Source: an uncultured Dehalococcoidia bacterium
GTDB taxonomy: Bacteria; Chloroflexota; Dehalococcoidia; Lucifugimonadales; G958296245
NCBI GenBank assembly: GCA_958296245.1
Contig: OY282458.1
Span: 1,190,238 to 1,254,237, forward strand
Length of the DNA stretch: 64,000 bases
Direction of reading: 5' to 3'
The notes under the pieces are model-generated. The model worked only from the letters and a program-made list of their open reading frames with translations. It was not told where the DNA came from and did not search any database. The translations under genes were made by a program, and so were the position numbers. Position 1 is the first letter of the stretch; the number at the start of each line of letters is the position of its first letter. Positions 61,633-64,000 of the stretch are shown piece by piece.

Positions 61633-64000
61633 ATGACACAACGACGCGGTTGGAAACCCTGGCACGGGGTTGTGCAGATGCGTGACGACCTGAAGAGCGG
61701 CGAGCTCCCGCTGGCCGTGTTCGCCGCTGACCTGTACGACGTGGTGATGCAGAAGGGGCAGCGGAGAGTTTACGAGGACCCCGCCGAGTTTTTCGCCCTC
61801 ACCTATCCGACGTACAAGCTGCGCGAGCTTGTCAGGGACATCGCCCTGCGCTTGGACGGTAGGAGCGACAAGGCGTATCGAAAGCTGTCGGTCAACTACG
61901 GCGGCGGCAAGACCCACACTCTCATCACGTTGAGACACTTGGTGCATGACCCTGATGGCCTGCCCGACCTGCCTGCCGTCCGGGAGTTCGAGGCGCACGT
62001 CGGGTTCAGGACGCCGAGGGCGCGGGTCGCCGCCCTGTGCTTCGACAAGATAGACCTGGAGAAGGGCGTCGAGACTCCAGGGCCGGACGGCACGGTCAGG
62101 ATGCTCAGACATCCGTGGAGCATTCTCGCCTATCAGCTGGCCGGGGCCGACGGTCTCAGACTCATCCATGCTGAGGGCAGGGACGAAGAGCGGGAGACTC
62201 CACCGGCGGAACCTCTCGTAGTGGACCTGCTGTCGAGGCCACAAGAAGATGGACTCTCGACCTTGGTGCTCTTGGACGAGGCGCTGATGTACATCCGCGC
62301 GCAGGTAGAGACGAACCCAGCAACGCGCGGACGCCTGATCGCCTTCTTCCAGTACCTCACCCAGGCGGTCGTAAAAGTGGACCGGTGCGCTATGGTAGTC
62401 TCGCTTCTCGCCTCCGATCCCAGGAAGCACGACGATCTCGGGACGGAGCTTCTCAGGGACGTGTCTGACGTGTTTGGCCGCCAGATGGAAGAGGATGCCA
62501 GCCCCGTCAGCAAGGAGGACGTAGCGGAAGTTCTGCGGCGGCGCTTCTTCAACCCGGAGTCCATTCGAGATGCGGGTGTCTTTCGGCCGCACGTCACTTC
62601 CACGGTTGGCAGCATCGCCTCGCTCGACGAGCAGACGAAGAAGGAGCGCCCATCTGCCGAGGAGCGCTACCTGAGCAGCTATCCCTTCCACCCCGACCTC
62701 ACCGAGGTCTTCTATACCCGGTGGACCCAACTGGACGGGTTCCAGCGCACCCGCGGCATCCTCCGAACATTTGCCATAGCCCTTCGGGACGCCGAGAAGT
62801 GGGACACAAGCCCGTTGGTGGGGCCAAACGTCTTCCTGAATAAGCCGGGCGAGAACGACTTGGCGGAGGCGGCAAGCGAGCTGGCATCCTTCGCCAGCGT
62901 GGACACAGACACGGGCAAACACCAGGAATGGAGGCCAATCATCGAAGGAGAGTTGGCCAAGGCGCGCACCATACAGTCGGAAGCGACCGGCCTCAACCAC
63001 CGTGAGATGGAGCAGGCAGTTATCACGGTCTTCTTGAGTTCTCAACCCATAGGCCAGAAGGCTCTGACCCAGGAATTGATGGTGATGCTCGGCGCGACGA
63101 ATCCGGACAGGATAGAGTTGGAGAAGGCGTTGCGCCGCTGGACGGAGGTGTCCTGGTTCCTAGACGAGGTGGAAGTCGGTACGAGCGAAATGGGCCGGGG
63201 TGGTACACGTCAGATGCCGAAGGCCTGGCGGCTGGGCAATCGTCCGAACCTGCGCCAGATGCACGACGATGCCTGCGCCAATCGTGTCCTGCCCGCGCTG
63301 GTGGAATCGCAGATAACTGACCTCATCGAGAAGGAACGGTCTCTGACATCAGGAGCGGCGCCGGCCGGCGCCAGGGTGCACAACCTGCCGGAGAGACCCC
63401 GCGACATCGCGGACGACGGCGAGTTCCACTACGCTGTTCTGGGACCGAAGGCCGTCTCCGATTCCGGCAAGCCCAGCACAGAGGCAAGACGGTTCATTGA
63501 CGAGACGACGGCCCCAGACCGCCCCCGCGTTCATCGTAACTCAGTCGTGCTTGCCGTTCCCTCCAGAGACGGCCTCGAAGCGGCGCGGGTCCGAGTTCGC
63601 GAGCATCTCGGCTGGATGGAGGTACAGGAGCAGCTAAAGGACCAGCCGATAGATCCCATCCGCGGACAGATGCTCTCCAGCGAGACGGAGTCGGCAAGAA
63701 GACGCATCCCCGATGTCATCAGGCAAGCCTATTCCATCGTCGTGACGGTCAACGAAGACAACGACGTCCATGCCTTCAAGATCGCGGTGACGGGAGATCC
63801 TCTTTTCACAACGATCAAGGCCGATAGGCGCGCCCGTATCCAGGAAACTGCAATCAGCTCGGAAGCGATGATCCCGGGCGGCCCATATGACCTCTGGCGC
63901 GAGGGAGAGAAGTCCCGACGGGTCAAGGACCTGGTCGGCGCCTTCGCGCAGTTCCCCAAGCTACCCAAGATGCTGCGCCGCAAGGAGATCGTGGATACCA
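61633..64000 (+). CDS. DUF499 (BrxC/PglY-like) ATPase, 3' end outside the window
   Basis: This gene is not in the ORF track because no stop falls within the window. MTQRRGWKPWHGVVQMRDDLKSGELPLAVFAADLYDV...SVNYGGGKTHTLITL is the P-loop region. ...FYTRWTQLDGFQRTRGILRTFA also fits. The frame was checked open at 62701, 63421 and 63961. Confidence 0.85.
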   Translation, partial: MTQRRGWKPWHGVVQMRDDLKSGELPLAVFAADLYDVVMQKGQRRVYEDPAEFFALTYPTYKLRELVRDIALRLDGRSDKAYRKLSVNYGGGKTHTLITLRHLVHDPDGLPDLPAVREFEAHVGFRTPRARVAALCFDKIDLEKGVETPGPDGTVRMLRHPWSILAYQLAGADGLRLIHAEGRDEERETPPAEPLVVDLLSRPQEDGLSTLVLLDEALMYIRAQVETNPATRGRLIAFFQYLTQAVVKVDRCAMVVSLLASDPRKHDDLGTELLRDVSDVFGRQMEEDASPVSKEDVAEVLRRRFFNPESIRDAGVFRPHVTSTVGSIASLDEQTKKERPSAEERYLSSYPFHPDLTEVFYTRWTQLDGFQRTRGILRTFAIALRDAEKWDTSPLVGPNVFLNKPGENDLAEAASELASFASVDTDTGKHQEWRPIIEGELAKARTIQSEATGLNHREMEQAVITVFLSSQPIGQKALTQELMVMLGATNPDRIELEKALRRWTEVSWFLDEVEVGTSEMGRGGTRQMPKAWRLGNRPNLRQMHDDACANRVLPALVESQITDLIEKERSLTSGAAPAGARVHNLPERPRDIADDGEFHYAVLGPKAVSDSGKPSTEARRFIDETTAPDRPRVHRNSVVLAVPSRDGLEAARVRVREHLGWMEVQEQLKDQPIDPIRGQMLSSETESARRRIPDVIRQAYSIVVTVNEDNDVHAFKIAVTGDPLFTTIKADRRARIQETAISSEAMIPGGPYDLWREGEKSRRVKDLVGAFAQFPKLPKMLRRKEIVDT

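Noticed and set aside
61564-63045. 493-aa minus-strand ORF listed in the track.
   Set aside because: It is antisense to the DUF499 gene, whose plus-strand frame is open from 61633 to the window end with family-typical motifs (GGGKTHTL, FQRTRGILR).

Overview
This is a high-GC bacterial chromosomal window. Sampled lines are about 65-73% G+C over most of it, falling to about 43-58% between 37.3 and 43.4 kb. Genes are preceded by strong AAGGAGG-type Shine-Dalgarno sites that match the 16S tail CACCUCCUUUCU. The 16S looks Chloroflexota-like to me, but I cannot verify that without a search.

Layout:
(i) 1-7.0 kb, core functions: an FAH-family fragment, a Fur-family regulator with a His-rich NicO/RcnA-type Ni/Co transporter, a GH-like TIM-barrel protein, an LLM oxidoreductase, and a two-subunit 2-oxoacid:ferredoxin oxidoreductase.
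(ii) 7.7-9.75 kb: a promoter, a 16S rRNA with a leader/trailer processing stem, and tRNA-Ala(UGC). No 23S or 5S follows.
(iii) 9.9-11.25 kb: a PD40/TolB-like beta-propeller protein.
(iv) 11.4-37.3 kb: a degraded ICE-like element. It contains a truncated serine recombinase, an ImmA/XRE switch, a Replic_Relax protein, a T4CP, VirB4, two pilin-like genes, a PrgI-like protein and a TrbL/VirB6-like protein. These are followed by a primase / Rad52 / SSB / RadC / orphan methyltransferase / SNF2 'establishment' block.
(v) 37.3-43.4 kb, a lower-GC islet: an Xis-like HTH protein, a chimeric PLD/methylase-tail relic, an unknown two-gene pair, a VapBC-like TA pair, and a SMODS nucleotidyltransferase followed by two SLOG/DprA-fold proteins.
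(vi) 43.4-64 kb: a class-1 DISARM-like locus. drmD-A-B-C lie on the minus strand. The plus strand carries a divergent operon of a DUF3883 fragment, DUF2806, the DUF1156 methylase, a PHP-SMC-like ATPase, an AlbA_2/HATPase_c_4 protein and a DUF499 ATPase that runs off the window.

Best candidates for something new:
- the SMODS + double-SLOG module;
- the extended DUF1156 / PHP-ATPase / AlbA_2 / DUF499 operon grafted onto DISARM;
- a 56-57 bp tandem operator-like array at 25.6-25.85 kb;
- a 15-bp perfect inverted repeat at 27.17-27.21 kb (oriT candidate);
- a family of GC-rich hairpins sharing a TCCATC(T/G)AC motif.

Many accessory genes carry frameshifts, a premature stop or truncations. These could be real decay or assembly indels.
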